Origin: Parcubacteria group bacterium
GTDB taxonomy: Bacteria > Patescibacteriota > Patescibacteriia > UBA9934 > GWF2-40-263
NCBI GenBank assembly: GCA_013204395.1
Contig: JABMNZ010000003.1
Coordinates: forward strand, 13,570-77,569
Direction: 5' to 3'
Length of the DNA stretch: 64,000 bases
Shown in pieces: positions 9,547-18,728 of the stretch. The notes below the pieces were generated by a model. That model worked only from the letters and a program-made list of their open reading frames with translations. It was not told the origin of the DNA and searched no databases. The stretch's first letter is position 1. Each line of letters begins with the position of its first letter. The translations under genes were made by a program, and so were the position numbers.

Positions 9547-11815
9547 ATGCCTATCGGTTGCACCTCCACCCTTTCCGGGTATAATGTACACAAATGGTAA
9601 ATGGAGGGCAAATGAATACCACATGAATATCAAAGCATCGAGATACGAACCCACGAGCCCAGAAGAAAAGATTCGTGGCACATCAGTCCTACTTCCGGTC
9701 TCTGATCGGGGAGGTTTTGTGTTCATGGTGGCCTACACAAAAAAGGAAAACGACGACACAGAGCTTCTGCTGGAAACTCTTATTGATCAAACACATCGCC
9801 TGGCAAGCTCATTTGGGAAAGAGTCAAATCCTCAACATCGCTTTGAACAATTTCTTGGCGCGTTGAATGAGACTCTTTCAGAAAATGTACGTGAGGGGCG
9901 TTGGTCTGTTCCGATTGATCAATTGCACGCAATGGTTGGCATTATATCAGGTGGCCAAATGTTCCTCTCAGGAACAGGAGAGCTCACGGCTCTTTTTCTT
10001 CACAAGAAACCCTCACAAAGATATCAGATTTTTAATCTCTTTCGTGGAATACAAACAGAACAATCTTTACCAACATGGGAAAAGCCGTTTGCTGTAGTCC
10101 TTGACGGAGATTTACATAACGGAGATGTCTTCTGTGTTTCAGACAAAGATCTTCAAACAACCATCGAACCAGACGAGCTTAATGGAATCCTCTCATCTCT
10201 CCCCCCTGTAAGTGCCGTTGAAAAAATTCGACAATACTTTTCTCATAAGGAAGCATTGCTTCTAGTGGTCATTAAAATGGATGATCAAACAAACAACAGC
10301 TACGCCGCATCCACACATGCTGTTACTAGAGCAGACAAATCTGTTGATGAACTCATGGACACACAGGCAACAACAGACAGGTTTCTTGAAGATCAAAGTC
10401 CAAGCATCTCAACCGCCATACGCCGTGTAACACAATGGATCAAGGTTAAAACACAATCAAAATCAAGAGTTCTCAGAGACATAAACACCAACGGATCATT
10501 TGCAACAACCCTGCGTAGAATTGGTCGTTCTGCACTCCGTGTGCTTCTATTTTTGGCAAAACGCTCAATGAAACATGCAAAACAGGCATTTCATGCTCTC
10601 AGAAAAAAGGAGACTCGTGATCACATAAAACGACAGGTTCTCTCAGGAGGTGGCGCAAAAAACCGCGTTCAATCAATTCTTCATTCAACAAAACAAATTC
10701 CACGATCAACACAGTTTCTTGTTATTGGAATAATTGCCGCAGTGATCATTCTCGCCTTTGGTGTCACAACCATATCCAAATCTCAGGCACGTTCTGCCGA
10801 GGAAGATCTTTACCAAAAAAGTCTTGCCACCATCGAAGACACCATCGAGCGCGCATCAAGTGCAGTTATCTATAAGGATGAAGATCAGGCGCGCACACTC
10901 TTTCTCAATGCCCAAACCCTTATAGAAAATCTCCCAATCAACACACCTGAACGTGCGGAAAAATCGGTTGAGCTTATTACAGACATTCAATCAGCCATGG
11001 ATGACATTAGACATCTTGTCACGATCCCAAACCCTCCACTGCTCGCAGACTTGGCCACAGTGACAGATGGCGTATTTGGAAATGCCATTGTTCAAACCTC
11101 AAACTCACTTTACACATTCGCTTCCGATGGACGCGTCTACACACTAAACAGATCACAAAAAACTTTCGAGGCGATCTCTGAGACGACAGAATCAGGAAGT
11201 GTTGCGAGGGAAGTCACGCAAGAAGATGATAAAATTTATCTCTTGGACACCATTGGTGAAATCTATAGTGTCACCTCCGGTGAGGTAAACAGTGCGGGGC
11301 TTATTGATACTAGCTGGGTAGACTTACAAGCTTACGCCGACCGACTCTATCTTCTGCGACCATCCTTAAACGGCCAAGAGGGTCAGGTAGTAAGATACAC
11401 TCGAAATGGTAGCGACTTTACATCTGAAAGCAACTGGATCACTTCTCGCACAGTCTCATTTGATAACGCCGTTTCCTTGACTATCGATGGAACGGTGTAC
11501 GTACTCATGAAAAATGGCTCTATTTCACGATTCACTAGCGGAAGTGAAGATGGTTGGAGTGCTGGAACCGTTGAGCCACGCATAACAAATGCGACCGATA
11601 TTTGGACAGGGCCTGATTCTTCCTACATCTATGTTCTTGAACCAGACTCTCAAAGACTCATCGTTTTTGATAAAGCGTCTGGAGAATTCCTGGTTCAATA
11701 CTCTTCAAGCGCTTTCACAAATCTTTCAGATTTCACCGTCGACGAATCTGACTACACCATTTATCTTCTATCTGGCTCAAAGCTCTACAGCATTGCCACC
11801 TCACATATACAATAA
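9539..11815 (+). CDS. Large membrane-anchored hypothetical protein with a C-terminal beta-propeller-like repeat region
   Basis: 758 aa with a single TM segment (FLVIGIIAAVIILAFGV) in the middle. The C-terminal third has recurrent YLL/YVL strands (DKIYLLDTIGEIYSV, DRLYLLRPS, YIYVLEP, YTIYLLSG). The true start may lie downstream of 9539. Confidence 0.5.
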   Translation: MIICLSVAPPPFPGIMYTNGKWRANEYHMNIKASRYEPTSPEEKIRGTSVLLPVSDRGGFVFMVAYTKKENDDTELLLETLIDQTHRLASSFGKESNPQHRFEQFLGALNETLSENVREGRWSVPIDQLHAMVGIISGGQMFLSGTGELTALFLHKKPSQRYQIFNLFRGIQTEQSLPTWEKPFAVVLDGDLHNGDVFCVSDKDLQTTIEPDELNGILSSLPPVSAVEKIRQYFSHKEALLLVVIKMDDQTNNSYAASTHAVTRADKSVDELMDTQATTDRFLEDQSPSISTAIRRVTQWIKVKTQSKSRVLRDINTNGSFATTLRRIGRSALRVLLFLAKRSMKHAKQAFHALRKKETRDHIKRQVLSGGGAKNRVQSILHSTKQIPRSTQFLVIGIIAAVIILAFGVTTISKSQARSAEEDLYQKSLATIEDTIERASSAVIYKDEDQARTLFLNAQTLIENLPINTPERAEKSVELITDIQSAMDDIRHLVTIPNPPLLADLATVTDGVFGNAIVQTSNSLYTFASDGRVYTLNRSQKTFEAISETTESGSVAREVTQEDDKIYLLDTIGEIYSVTSGEVNSAGLIDTSWVDLQAYADRLYLLRPSLNGQEGQVVRYTRNGSDFTSESNWITSRTVSFDNAVSLTIDGTVYVLMKNGSISRFTSGSEDGWSAGTVEPRITNATDIWTGPDSSYIYVLEPDSQRLIVFDKASGEFLVQYSSSAFTNLSDFTVDESDYTIYLLSGSKLYSIATSHIQ

Positions 11816-12212
11816 TATGAAGACAAGAACTCATCATTTACTAGCCATAGGTATTGCTGTGGTTGTCGTAGCACTACTTGTAATCCTTCCAAGAGGCTCC
11901 CAACCTAATTCCACAACTCAAACCAGTAGCCTAGACGGAACATGGTATATCCAATGGGTTGGCAATGAAGGAGAGATAGTCTGGATGCAGTACGACATTC
12001 TAACCCCAAACTACACCGTCACGGCCTCTCATGGATACCTAGAGGAAGGAACCTATGTCTTGATCAAAGGAGCCATCGACAGATCGATGGTGATCGAAAA
12101 AACTTGGACCAATGCTCTTGGCGAGCAAACCTACGAGCTCACAATTGTGCCAAATGAAGATTTTACGACTATCACGTTTGACGGCGTGACTCTCACAAAA
12201 ATCGAGAAGTAA
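11816..12212 (+). CDS. Small secreted or membrane-anchored hypothetical protein
   Basis: The ORF was trimmed to MKTRTHHLLAIGIAVVVVALLVILP (signal/anchor), because the longer ORF (11589..) overlaps the upstream gene. It is followed by a bidirectional terminator. Confidence 0.5.
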
Positions 12213-12250
12213 AAAACAAAACACCCTCGACATTCGCCGAGGGTGTTTTA
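12211..12250. terminator. Bidirectional rho-independent terminator between convergent genes
   Basis: caccctcg-acattcgcc-gagggtg hairpin flanked by an A-run upstream and a T-run downstream. Confidence 0.7.
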
Positions 12251-12260
12251 GTTGCTTTGC

Positions 12261-12710
12261 TTATTTTAGGTTCACTGCGCCACCGGCGTCCTCGATATCC
12301 TTCTTCATCTGTTCTGCTTCAGCCTTTGGTACTGCTTCTTTTACCATTGTCGGAGCAGCGTCAACGATAGCCTTTGCCTCCTTAAGACCCTCACCAGTAA
12401 TGGTTCGAACAGCCTTGATTACAGCAATCTTGTTGTCTCCAGAACTTGCTAGCTCAACATCAAACTCAGTCTTCTCTTCTACTTCAGCACCGGCAGCAGC
12501 TGGTCCAGCAGCCATCATCATGGCTGGAGCTGAAGCACTGACACCAAACTTTTCTTCTAGCACCTTAACGAGCTCTGCAAGGTCCAATACTGACATCTGC
12601 TCAACTGACTCAACAAGAGCCTTGAACTTTGATGGAACCTCTGCGGACTTTTCCTCAGCAGCAGGAGCGTCTACGACAGTCTCCTCAGCTACAGTTGTTT
12701 CTTCTGACAT
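12261..12710 (-). CDS. rplL: 50S ribosomal protein L7/L12
   Basis: [31 protein letters not shown]...[24 protein letters not shown] is the canonical L7/L12 sequence. The ORF has a roughly 25-aa acidic N-terminal extension, so the true start may be internal. Confidence 0.9.
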   Translation of the reverse strand: MSEETTVAEETVVDAPAAEEKSAEVPSKFKALVESVEQMSVLDLAELVKVLEEKFGVSASAPAMMMAAGPAAAGAEVEEKTEFDVELASSGDNKIAVIKAVRTITGEGLKEAKAIVDAAPTMVKEAVPKAEAEQMKKDIEDAGGAVNLK

Positions 12711-12731
12711 AATTGTATCGATTAGAACGAA

Positions 12732-13253
12732 TTAACTCTTTGCCTCCTTAACGGCACTTAGTACGTAGACCAGAGCTCGCAAATTACCCGCAAGGACATT
12801 TACGAATCCGGAGATTGGAGCATTGATTGTACCCACCAACTTGGCAAGCAACTCATCTCTGCTAGGCAAGGTTGAGAGCTGCATAACAGCAGCTGAATCT
12901 ACAAACTTTCCTTCCAAAATACCTCCGACAAGACTAATCCCATCTCGGTCCTTAGCGTACTCAGCCATCATCTTCGCAGCAGAGACTTCATCATTGAATC
13001 CGAAGCTGGTTAGAATAGATCCTTGTAAGTCGTCTTTACCGACCTTGAATCCATTTTCTTCCAGAGCGCGGACCAAGAGAGTCTTCTTGGCAACAATCAG
13101 CTCAACTCCTTGTTCACGACCCTTTGCACGAAGATCATTAGCGTCATCCATTGTGTAACCTGACACAGATGTAAACACCGCAGATTTCATGCTAGAGAGC
13201 CTCTTGGAAAGATCAGCAATGATCTCTTCCTTCTCATTACGTGTTTTTGGCAT
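12732..13253 (-). CDS. rplJ: 50S ribosomal protein L10
   Basis: MPKTRNEKEEIIADLSKRL...LVGGILEGKFVDSAAVMQLSTLPSRDELLAKLVG is typical L10, lying upstream of rplL. The ORF was trimmed from 13475 to the Met at 13253. The 13254-13420 region is probably the rplJL leader. Confidence 0.9.
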   Translation of the reverse strand: MPKTRNEKEEIIADLSKRLSSMKSAVFTSVSGYTMDDANDLRAKGREQGVELIVAKKTLLVRALEENGFKVGKDDLQGSILTSFGFNDEVSAAKMMAEYAKDRDGISLVGGILEGKFVDSAAVMQLSTLPSRDELLAKLVGTINAPISGFVNVLAGNLRALVYVLSAVKEAKS

Positions 13254-13421
13254 AAAAAATATTCGACCTTTAATTAAAAACTGCAGACTCGCGCCGCAGT
13301 AGAAAAAAGGTCGAAACCTTTTACCTCGACGGGACTTATGCTCGGAAGCAACCCGTTGTCTACGGCAAATCTTTAGTTCGATGAGATAATAAAGGATCCG
13401 ACGGGGCATGTCAAGATAAGA

Positions 13422-13459
13422 AAAAGCAGCCTGCGTCAAGGCTGCGCGTTGAGAGCTAA
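13422..13459 (-). terminator. Stop codon plus rho-independent terminator (copy 1 of a perfect 38-bp direct repeat)
   Basis: On the minus strand it reads TAGctctcaacgcgcagcc-ttgacgca-ggctgcttttt. It is identical to 14056-14093 and terminates ORF 13456..14046. Confidence 0.7.
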
Positions 13460-14046
13460 CTCTCCTGGCGATCAACGTTGGACACCGTCACAATCTCACC
13501 AGACAGAAAGCATTGCGCGGCGGCCGTACCTCCTCTGAATGGGCTACGAACACCATTCCCGACCCAGTGACCAGCGAAGAAGCTTCCACTTGGACAGCAC
13601 TCCGACCCCATGCAACCGACGAAACCCTGCTGCACCTGCGTAACCATCCCCATGTCGAAGTCCTTAGGGAGCTGGCCCGGAATGTAGCAACTCACGGGGT
13701 CTCCCGGGAAGATGGCATCGCCGCAGTAGGAGCAGACAATCGCCTCCTTGAAGTACTCTGAATGAGCACACAAGATGCACTCCTTCCGCAAAAAACGATG
13801 AACCCAGAGTGGCAGCCACGCCTGCCACAACTTGAACGTGGGCCTACTCTCGTTCAACTTCCGATCGCCCAACATCAGATTCTCGAGCTGGTGCACCCTG
13901 TGGTTACATCCTGCCGTGAGAAACGGTTGCTCACCGTCCTTGGCCACCACCCTGAATGAAAGTGGTGGCGGGCGCCTCACTACCGGAATCAATGAAACCT
14001 GTTCTTCTGCCATGGGTACTCTCCTAGATAAACGAGTGCCAAACAA
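13456..14046 (-). CDS. GC-rich Cys-rich hypothetical protein (inserted cassette)
   Basis: 196 aa. It is the longest ORF spanning the whole insert, and its TAG stop is the first 3 nt of the duplicated terminator. It uses CTG/GCC/CGC-type codons, unlike its neighbours, and has many Cys (CILCAH, CSYCGD, CMGSECC). No homologue was recognised. Confidence 0.45.
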   Translation of the reverse strand: MFGTRLSRRVPMAEEQVSLIPVVRRPPPLSFRVVAKDGEQPFLTAGCNHRVHQLENLMLGDRKLNESRPTFKLWQAWLPLWVHRFLRKECILCAHSEYFKEAIVCSYCGDAIFPGDPVSCYIPGQLPKDFDMGMVTQVQQGFVGCMGSECCPSGSFFAGHWVGNGVRSPFRGGTAAAQCFLSGEIVTVSNVDRQES

Positions 14047-14055
14047 TCATGAAAT

Positions 14056-14093
14056 AAAAAGCAGCCTGCGTCAAGGCTGCGCGTTGAGAGCTA
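14056..14093 (-). terminator. Stop codon plus rho-independent terminator (copy 2 of the 38-bp direct repeat), terminating the 14091..14720 gene
   Basis: Same 38-mer as 13422-13459, followed on the minus strand by ttttatttc. Confidence 0.7.
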
Positions 14094-14720
14094 GATGTTG
14101 CTCAGACTTCCCCGGCCGGCTTCTTGCCTCTTGGTACGCACCTCGTAGTACGTCATGAAGGCGAGTGTCAGCGAGATGGAGATGATCCCGCGAATCACGT
14201 AGATGGTCGCGAGAAGATTCCCTTCGTGTAGCGATGGAACGAGTCCAACACCGTGAGCTGCCAGGACCAGCAGCCAAGCGGTGAACGATTCGGTGTTCCG
14301 CTTTTCTTTGATCATGGTGTGGTACATGGGGATGGTTCCCGCCTCTATGAGCACCTGTGCGAACAGGCTTGAATGCCAGAGATCACCAGAGATGACCGCG
14401 TAGGCCACCCCAAGCCCTGCCGCCAGCAGGTAGTACTTTTCCCAGGGACGAAATCGCAGTGTGCGATCTCCCCACACCAGGATCGAGATGATCACGATCA
14501 GCACCACGAGCAGGTCAACCACGTTGTTGACCCCACTGGTGATGTCCCAGTCTTCCTGAAGCAGGTAGCTCAGCAAGCTCCCGCCAACGCCGACCAGGAA
14601 CAGAATCCACATCGATAGCGTTGGAGTGATCTCCTTACGCCAGATCTGATAGACATACCGCAGGGCAAAGATGAGCATGATGCCCACCACAACCCAGGCA
14701 CAGATCTCTTTTAGATGCAT
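14091..14720 (-). CDS. Polytopic membrane protein, hypothetical
   Basis: 209 aa with about 6 predicted TM helices. No family recognised. Confidence 0.5.
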   Translation of the reverse strand: MHLKEICAWVVVGIMLIFALRYVYQIWRKEITPTLSMWILFLVGVGGSLLSYLLQEDWDITSGVNNVVDLLVVLIVIISILVWGDRTLRFRPWEKYYLLAAGLGVAYAVISGDLWHSSLFAQVLIEAGTIPMYHTMIKEKRNTESFTAWLLVLAAHGVGLVPSLHEGNLLATIYVIRGIISISLTLAFMTYYEVRTKRQEAGRGSLSNI

Positions 14721-14812
14721 GACACCTTTTCCTTTCGAGCTTGTCCTAGATTACCCAGGAACAACAAAACATGCCCTATAAAGGGCATGTTGTCAATGTT
14801 CTATCATCCTTC

Positions 14813-15520
14813 TTAAGCAATAACGGTTCCTATAAATCGCTCTCCTTTCAGCAAAGCATCAAGGTTCTCCATGTTCTTTCCGTTCAAGATGGCCACTTTG
14901 ATTCCACCGGTATGTGCCAGCCTCGATGCCACAGGATCAAACGGTGCGCTCATACCAGGATCCCACTCATTGCCAACCATCTTTCGGAAATCCTTCCAGG
15001 TTATGTCGCAGATTTGCTTTGCATTTTTATGCTTGTTTGGATCCTTGTCGTAAACGTAATCAATATTAGACAGATTGATGACCACCTTAGCCTTGAGCCT
15101 CTTGGCAATGCGTGTAGCCACGTAATCCGTTGACCAACCAGGCTTCCAACCCGCAGCCACCATGACGGGCTGCTTCCATCCTCGGATCGGTCTACTTGGA
15201 TCCTTGAGCATAACCGGATGGGCAACGTCACGCAGAACTGTCCTGACCAAGTGCCCATTCAATCGGGTTGCGTGAATCCCCAACCAGTCCAAGTCATCCC
15301 GAGTGAGCTTCCCCACCTTACGAGCGGCCTCCTGATAATGGCGAGCCGTTCCTCCACCACCGACCACAATCACAAACCTCCAATCTCGTTTAATGTGTTT
15401 GACGATCAACTTTTTTAAATCTTTAAGGAACTGATGATCAATTCCCCCATTGGGAACAACTAATGATCCCCCCACGGAAACGACAAGTGTCGATGGTGTC
15501 AGTGAATTGGTATGCGTCAT
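14813..15520 (-). CDS. pyrH: Uridylate (UMP) kinase, amino-acid-kinase fold
   Basis: LVVSVGGSLV...FVIVVGGGGTARHYQ...KVVINLSNIDYVYDKDP...GGIKVAILNG fits archaeal/short-type UMP kinases. The start was trimmed to MTHTNS. Confidence 0.65.
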   Translation of the reverse strand: MTHTNSLTPSTLVVSVGGSLVVPNGGIDHQFLKDLKKLIVKHIKRDWRFVIVVGGGGTARHYQEAARKVGKLTRDDLDWLGIHATRLNGHLVRTVLRDVAHPVMLKDPSRPIRGWKQPVMVAAGWKPGWSTDYVATRIAKRLKAKVVINLSNIDYVYDKDPNKHKNAKQICDITWKDFRKMVGNEWDPGMSAPFDPVASRLAHTGGIKVAILNGKNMENLDALLKGERFIGTVIA

Positions 15521-15549
15521 AAAAAGAGCGCCCATGAGGCGCTAATTGA

Positions 15550-15903
15550 TTACGAATTTTTTGATTGTTTAATAAGCCAGTTCGTTGCAAGTGAGATCAC
15601 CCACAACATAAGCGCCGCCAGCAGTGCGGGGACAAACCCATCAACCACAAACCCTTCTACAATCGTGGCAACCAGCCAAATCATTAAAGCATTAATGACA
15701 AATGTGAACAGACCCAAGGTTACAATAGTGACAGGAAGCGTGAGAATGAAGAACAGTGGACGCACCAAAGCGTTTACAAGTCCGAGAACCAATGCGGCGA
15801 TGAGCGCGTTATAAAACGTCGCAACACCAAAACCAGGCACTACATTTGCAACAACCAGGAGGGCTATAGCATTTATGATCCATCTAAAAAGTATGTATGG
15901 CAT
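15550..15903 (-). CDS. Small 4-TM membrane protein of the phage-holin-IV / YvlD-like family
   Basis: MPYILFRWIINAIALLVVANVVPGFGV...LFFILTLPVTIVTLGLFTFVINALMIWL, typical of the PF04020-like superfamily. Confidence 0.55.
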   Translation of the reverse strand: MPYILFRWIINAIALLVVANVVPGFGVATFYNALIAALVLGLVNALVRPLFFILTLPVTIVTLGLFTFVINALMIWLVATIVEGFVVDGFVPALLAALMLWVISLATNWLIKQSKNS

Positions 15904-15906
15904 AAC

Positions 15907-16113
15907 TTAGACGGCAAACTTTTCTTTAATGTCATTCACTTTGTTCTCAACCTCAGAGAGCTTCTCCTTCAATTCTCCGGCCAACTCCAATCCACGCTCA
16001 AACTGCTTAAGTCCTTTATCTAGATCTAGATTTTCCTCAGAATCAAACCACTGCGTGATTTGCTCAAGTTCTTCAAAGGCTTTTGCAAAATTTACTTCTT
16101 TCTTTTTCGTCAT
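15907..16113 (-). CDS. xseB: Exodeoxyribonuclease VII small subunit
   Basis: 68 aa. FEELEQITQWFDSEENLDLDKGLKQFERGLELAGELKEKL is the XseB helical signature. It overlaps xseA by 4 bp. Confidence 0.85.
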   Translation of the reverse strand: MTKKKEVNFAKAFEELEQITQWFDSEENLDLDKGLKQFERGLELAGELKEKLSEVENKVNDIKEKFAV

Positions 16114-17318
16114 ACCAATTTCTGTTGTCCCTTTCCATTTACGCTTTTTACTTCTGCTTCAAATGATCCTGCGGCCAATTGTACACCAACGTGTGTGCCC
16201 ACACCAACCTTTGATGCATCGGTCAAAACAGCCCCATCAACCGTCACGAGGCTGTATCCACGTGCAAGAACCCGCTTTGGATCCACTTGCCTAAGCACGC
16301 GCGCCACCCCCTCAAGTTCTGACCTGATAAGAGGTAACCAGTCCTCCCCCGCAACCATAAGCCTCTCTTGAATAGCCCTAAATCTTTCCTTCTGACGCTC
16401 TAAAATAAATGAAATTGACCCGGTGGCACGTTCAATAACCCGTCCATGGGCCTGGACAACATCAGTGATCCTCTCTTCCATGTGACGTTCCATGGTCTCT
16501 ATTTCGTACTGAACATCAGATCTAGATGGAACGACTCTCTCAGCGGCGTTTGATGGCGTTGACGCACGCACATCAGCCACAAAGTCAGCTAATGATTCGT
16601 CACGCTCATGCCCAACCGCGCACACCACGGGGATGGTCGAAGAAAATACCGCCCTGGCGACCTGTTCATCATTGAATGCATGTAAATCCTCCAAACCACC
16701 TCCACCACGCGTAAGAACAAGAACGTCTGGGCGATCCAACTCAGGCAGTGCGTTAAAGTACGCAAAGGCTCCCACAATATCCTTCACAGCCTCACGACCT
16801 TGAACATGCACATGAGTATGAGAGACCGTCACTCCACCCCACCGATTATTCAGAATTTGTAAAAAGTCCCCAAAGGCAGCGGCGTCTCGTGACGTGATAA
16901 GACCAATGCGCTCAACAAACCTTGGTAGACCACGCTTACGTGATGGATCAAAAAGCCCCTCAGTTTCCAGCTTCTTTTTCAAAAGTTGATAAGCTTGTTG
17001 CAGGGCACCCTCACCCACCGGAGCCACCTCTTGCACGTTCATCTTAAAGGTTCCAAACCGCTCATACACTTTTGGCGATCCAATCACTTGTACCCTCATG
17101 CCGCTTTCAATCTCCACCTTTAACTGCCACTTCGTCATGAAACACTTGAGTACGGCCTCCTCCTGTTCATCCTTTAAATCAAAACTCACCCATTTCCCCT
17201 GGGCGATTCTAAAGTCGGACACCTCCCCTTCAACAACAACTTGCGCAGATGGAATCTGCCCAAGAGCCTGATTTACCAGACCTAGATATTGGCCAACCGA
17301 AAAAACCTGAGCTTCCAT
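16110..17318 (-). CDS. xseA: Exodeoxyribonuclease VII large subunit
   Basis: N-terminal OB-fold (VEGEVSDFRIAQGKWVSFDLKDEQ) and catalytic core (GVVTSRDAAAFGDFLQILNNRW...VLVLTRGGGGLEDL). Confidence 0.85.
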   Translation of the reverse strand: MEAQVFSVGQYLGLVNQALGQIPSAQVVVEGEVSDFRIAQGKWVSFDLKDEQEEAVLKCFMTKWQLKVEIESGMRVQVIGSPKVYERFGTFKMNVQEVAPVGEGALQQAYQLLKKKLETEGLFDPSRKRGLPRFVERIGLITSRDAAAFGDFLQILNNRWGGVTVSHTHVHVQGREAVKDIVGAFAYFNALPELDRPDVLVLTRGGGGLEDLHAFNDEQVARAVFSSTIPVVCAVGHERDESLADFVADVRASTPSNAAERVVPSRSDVQYEIETMERHMEERITDVVQAHGRVIERATGSISFILERQKERFRAIQERLMVAGEDWLPLIRSELEGVARVLRQVDPKRVLARGYSLVTVDGAVLTDASKVGVGTHVGVQLAAGSFEAEVKSVNGKGQQKLV

Positions 17319-17794
17319 TACAGTGGGAGGTTAAAAAATTGAGGTTGATAATACTGAACAAGTAACCACAAACTAACTCCTAGTATGAGATGAGACACGA
17401 GCATCTCCACCCACACATTCTTCCCCTCCTTAACACCAAAGACTCCCATGCCGAGCAAGGGATACAAAACGAATCCCGCCACCACCCAACTCAACACAGC
17501 GTAAACTAATAGGGAATAAATTGTATAAGGAGCATCGGTCACAAAAAGCCACCCCTGAGTCACAAAAACTACATAGATAAAACCAAACAAGAAACCTAGA
17601 ATCAGATGAAGCAACAAGCCAATAAAGAAGACTTCATGCTTATGCTTTATCTTGATACCAAAAATAGTCTTGATATCAACAAGGAGTGGAACATTCTTTA
17701 CTTTTCCACGCTCAACAATCTCAAGCACAATCGCTGGCAACGAAAAAAAGAATGCTACCAACCCTCCCAATGCTCCGCCAAGTAAGTAGTCCAT
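17318..17794 (-). CDS. Membrane protein, hypothetical
   Basis: 158 aa with 4-5 TM helices. It is in an operon with the downstream C39-like peptidase and Cys-rich lipoprotein genes. Confidence 0.45.
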   Translation of the reverse strand: MDYLLGGALGGLVAFFFSLPAIVLEIVERGKVKNVPLLVDIKTIFGIKIKHKHEVFFIGLLLHLILGFLFGFIYVVFVTQGWLFVTDAPYTIYSLLVYAVLSWVVAGFVLYPLLGMGVFGVKEGKNVWVEMLVSHLILGVSLWLLVQYYQPQFFNLPL

Positions 17795-17795
17795 A

Positions 17796-18728
17796 TTACG
17801 GATAAATAACTAAAGCAACTTTTCTTCCATCAGTAATCTCCTCTCCACCATTCCAATCGTGCATGGCATAGAGGATCGTGTCAAAGTCATAGAGGAACGC
17901 TTCCCCCCTATAGGTACCTGGATCGTTCACTATAAACTGCCCAGCTTCTGTGTATCCACGAATCACCAACATATGATAAATCGGGCCTGGCGCTGTGAAA
18001 TATGGATTGTTCAAGAGTCTGCCGCCAGCTGGAATGATCACAGGGCGACCTGCCGCCAAGTGAGTTTTAATCTGATCTACCGTTGGATCAACCATTAGCT
18101 CATATGTACGTCCAAACATAAGTTCGGCGAACATCCCAGTCTGCAGTGCGGTTGTGTCTTCGTAAAAACCAAAAAGCTCGTTTTCAAAATCAACAATAGA
18201 AAGAATGGCTTCATCGGCCTTACTTGCTTCAATCAAACCCTCAGGCTCACCCTCGAAGTATCGCTCAACCATGTACACACTCGCCTCTTCACATCCCTCC
18301 TGATACGGCTCTCCCCATGTTCCGTTTGGAGCCTGAGGGGTAAATGGAACCGCAAGATTAATTGAAAGTGGTAATAGATCTTCCTTTTCCTCTTCAACAA
18401 CAATCTCTTCTTCGATTACTCCAGACGCATCGATCAGTTCACCATCAACTTCATCAATAACAATCACCTCTGTTACATCTACCTCAACGGCATCAACAAC
18501 ATCTTCTTCAAGAACTGCAAGATCTTCAACTACTTCTACCTCAGTCTGATCCTCTTCTTCGATCAAAGATTCATTCTCAACAACTTGTTCAAATGTAACT
18601 GACACTGGCAGCTCAGGAAGACTCGCCGTCGCCCACCAATCCATCACCGCCACCCTATTCAAATATAGCGCTGCTCCCAGCGCTATCATCACAATAAGAA
18701 ATTCTACAAATAGTTTTATACCCCTCAT
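17796..18728 (-). CDS. Secreted C39-like (papain-fold) peptidase domain protein with an acidic linker
   Basis: Signal/TM segment at the N-terminus, a long E/D/V-rich linker, and a C-terminal domain with candidate Cys (QEGCEEASVYM), His (YHMLVIRGY) and Asp (NDPGT) consistent with the Peptidase_C39_2/BtrH-like fold. Confidence 0.45.
   Translation of the reverse strand: MRGIKLFVEFLIVMIALGAALYLNRVAVMDWWATASLPELPVSVTFEQVVENESLIEEEDQTEVEVVEDLAVLEEDVVDAVEVDVTEVIVIDEVDGELIDASGVIEEEIVVEEEKEDLLPLSINLAVPFTPQAPNGTWGEPYQEGCEEASVYMVERYFEGEPEGLIEASKADEAILSIVDFENELFGFYEDTTALQTGMFAELMFGRTYELMVDPTVDQIKTHLAAGRPVIIPAGGRLLNNPYFTAPGPIYHMLVIRGYTEAGQFIVNDPGTYRGEAFLYDFDTILYAMHDWNGGEEITDGRKVALVIYP

Noticed and set aside
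11589-11815. 5' extension of ORF 11589..12212 overlapping the end of the 758-aa gene
   Set aside because: A clear signal/anchor-type start (MKTRTHHLLAIGIAVVVV) at 11816 directly follows the upstream stop, so the extension is probably not translated.
12400-12735. ORF 12400..12735 (+), antisense to rplL, and other antisense ORFs within conserved genes (for example 8176..8475, 40199..40747, 55302..56093)
   Set aside because: They lie entirely within well-supported conserved genes on the opposite strand and have low-complexity or Ser/Thr/Ala-rich mirror composition.
13513-14158. Plus-strand ORFs (13513..13761, 13762..13959, 13832..14158) inside the GC-rich insert
   Set aside because: High GC generates open frames on both strands. 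The 196-aa minus-strand ORF spans the whole insert and ends exactly at the duplicated stop and terminator, so it is preferred.
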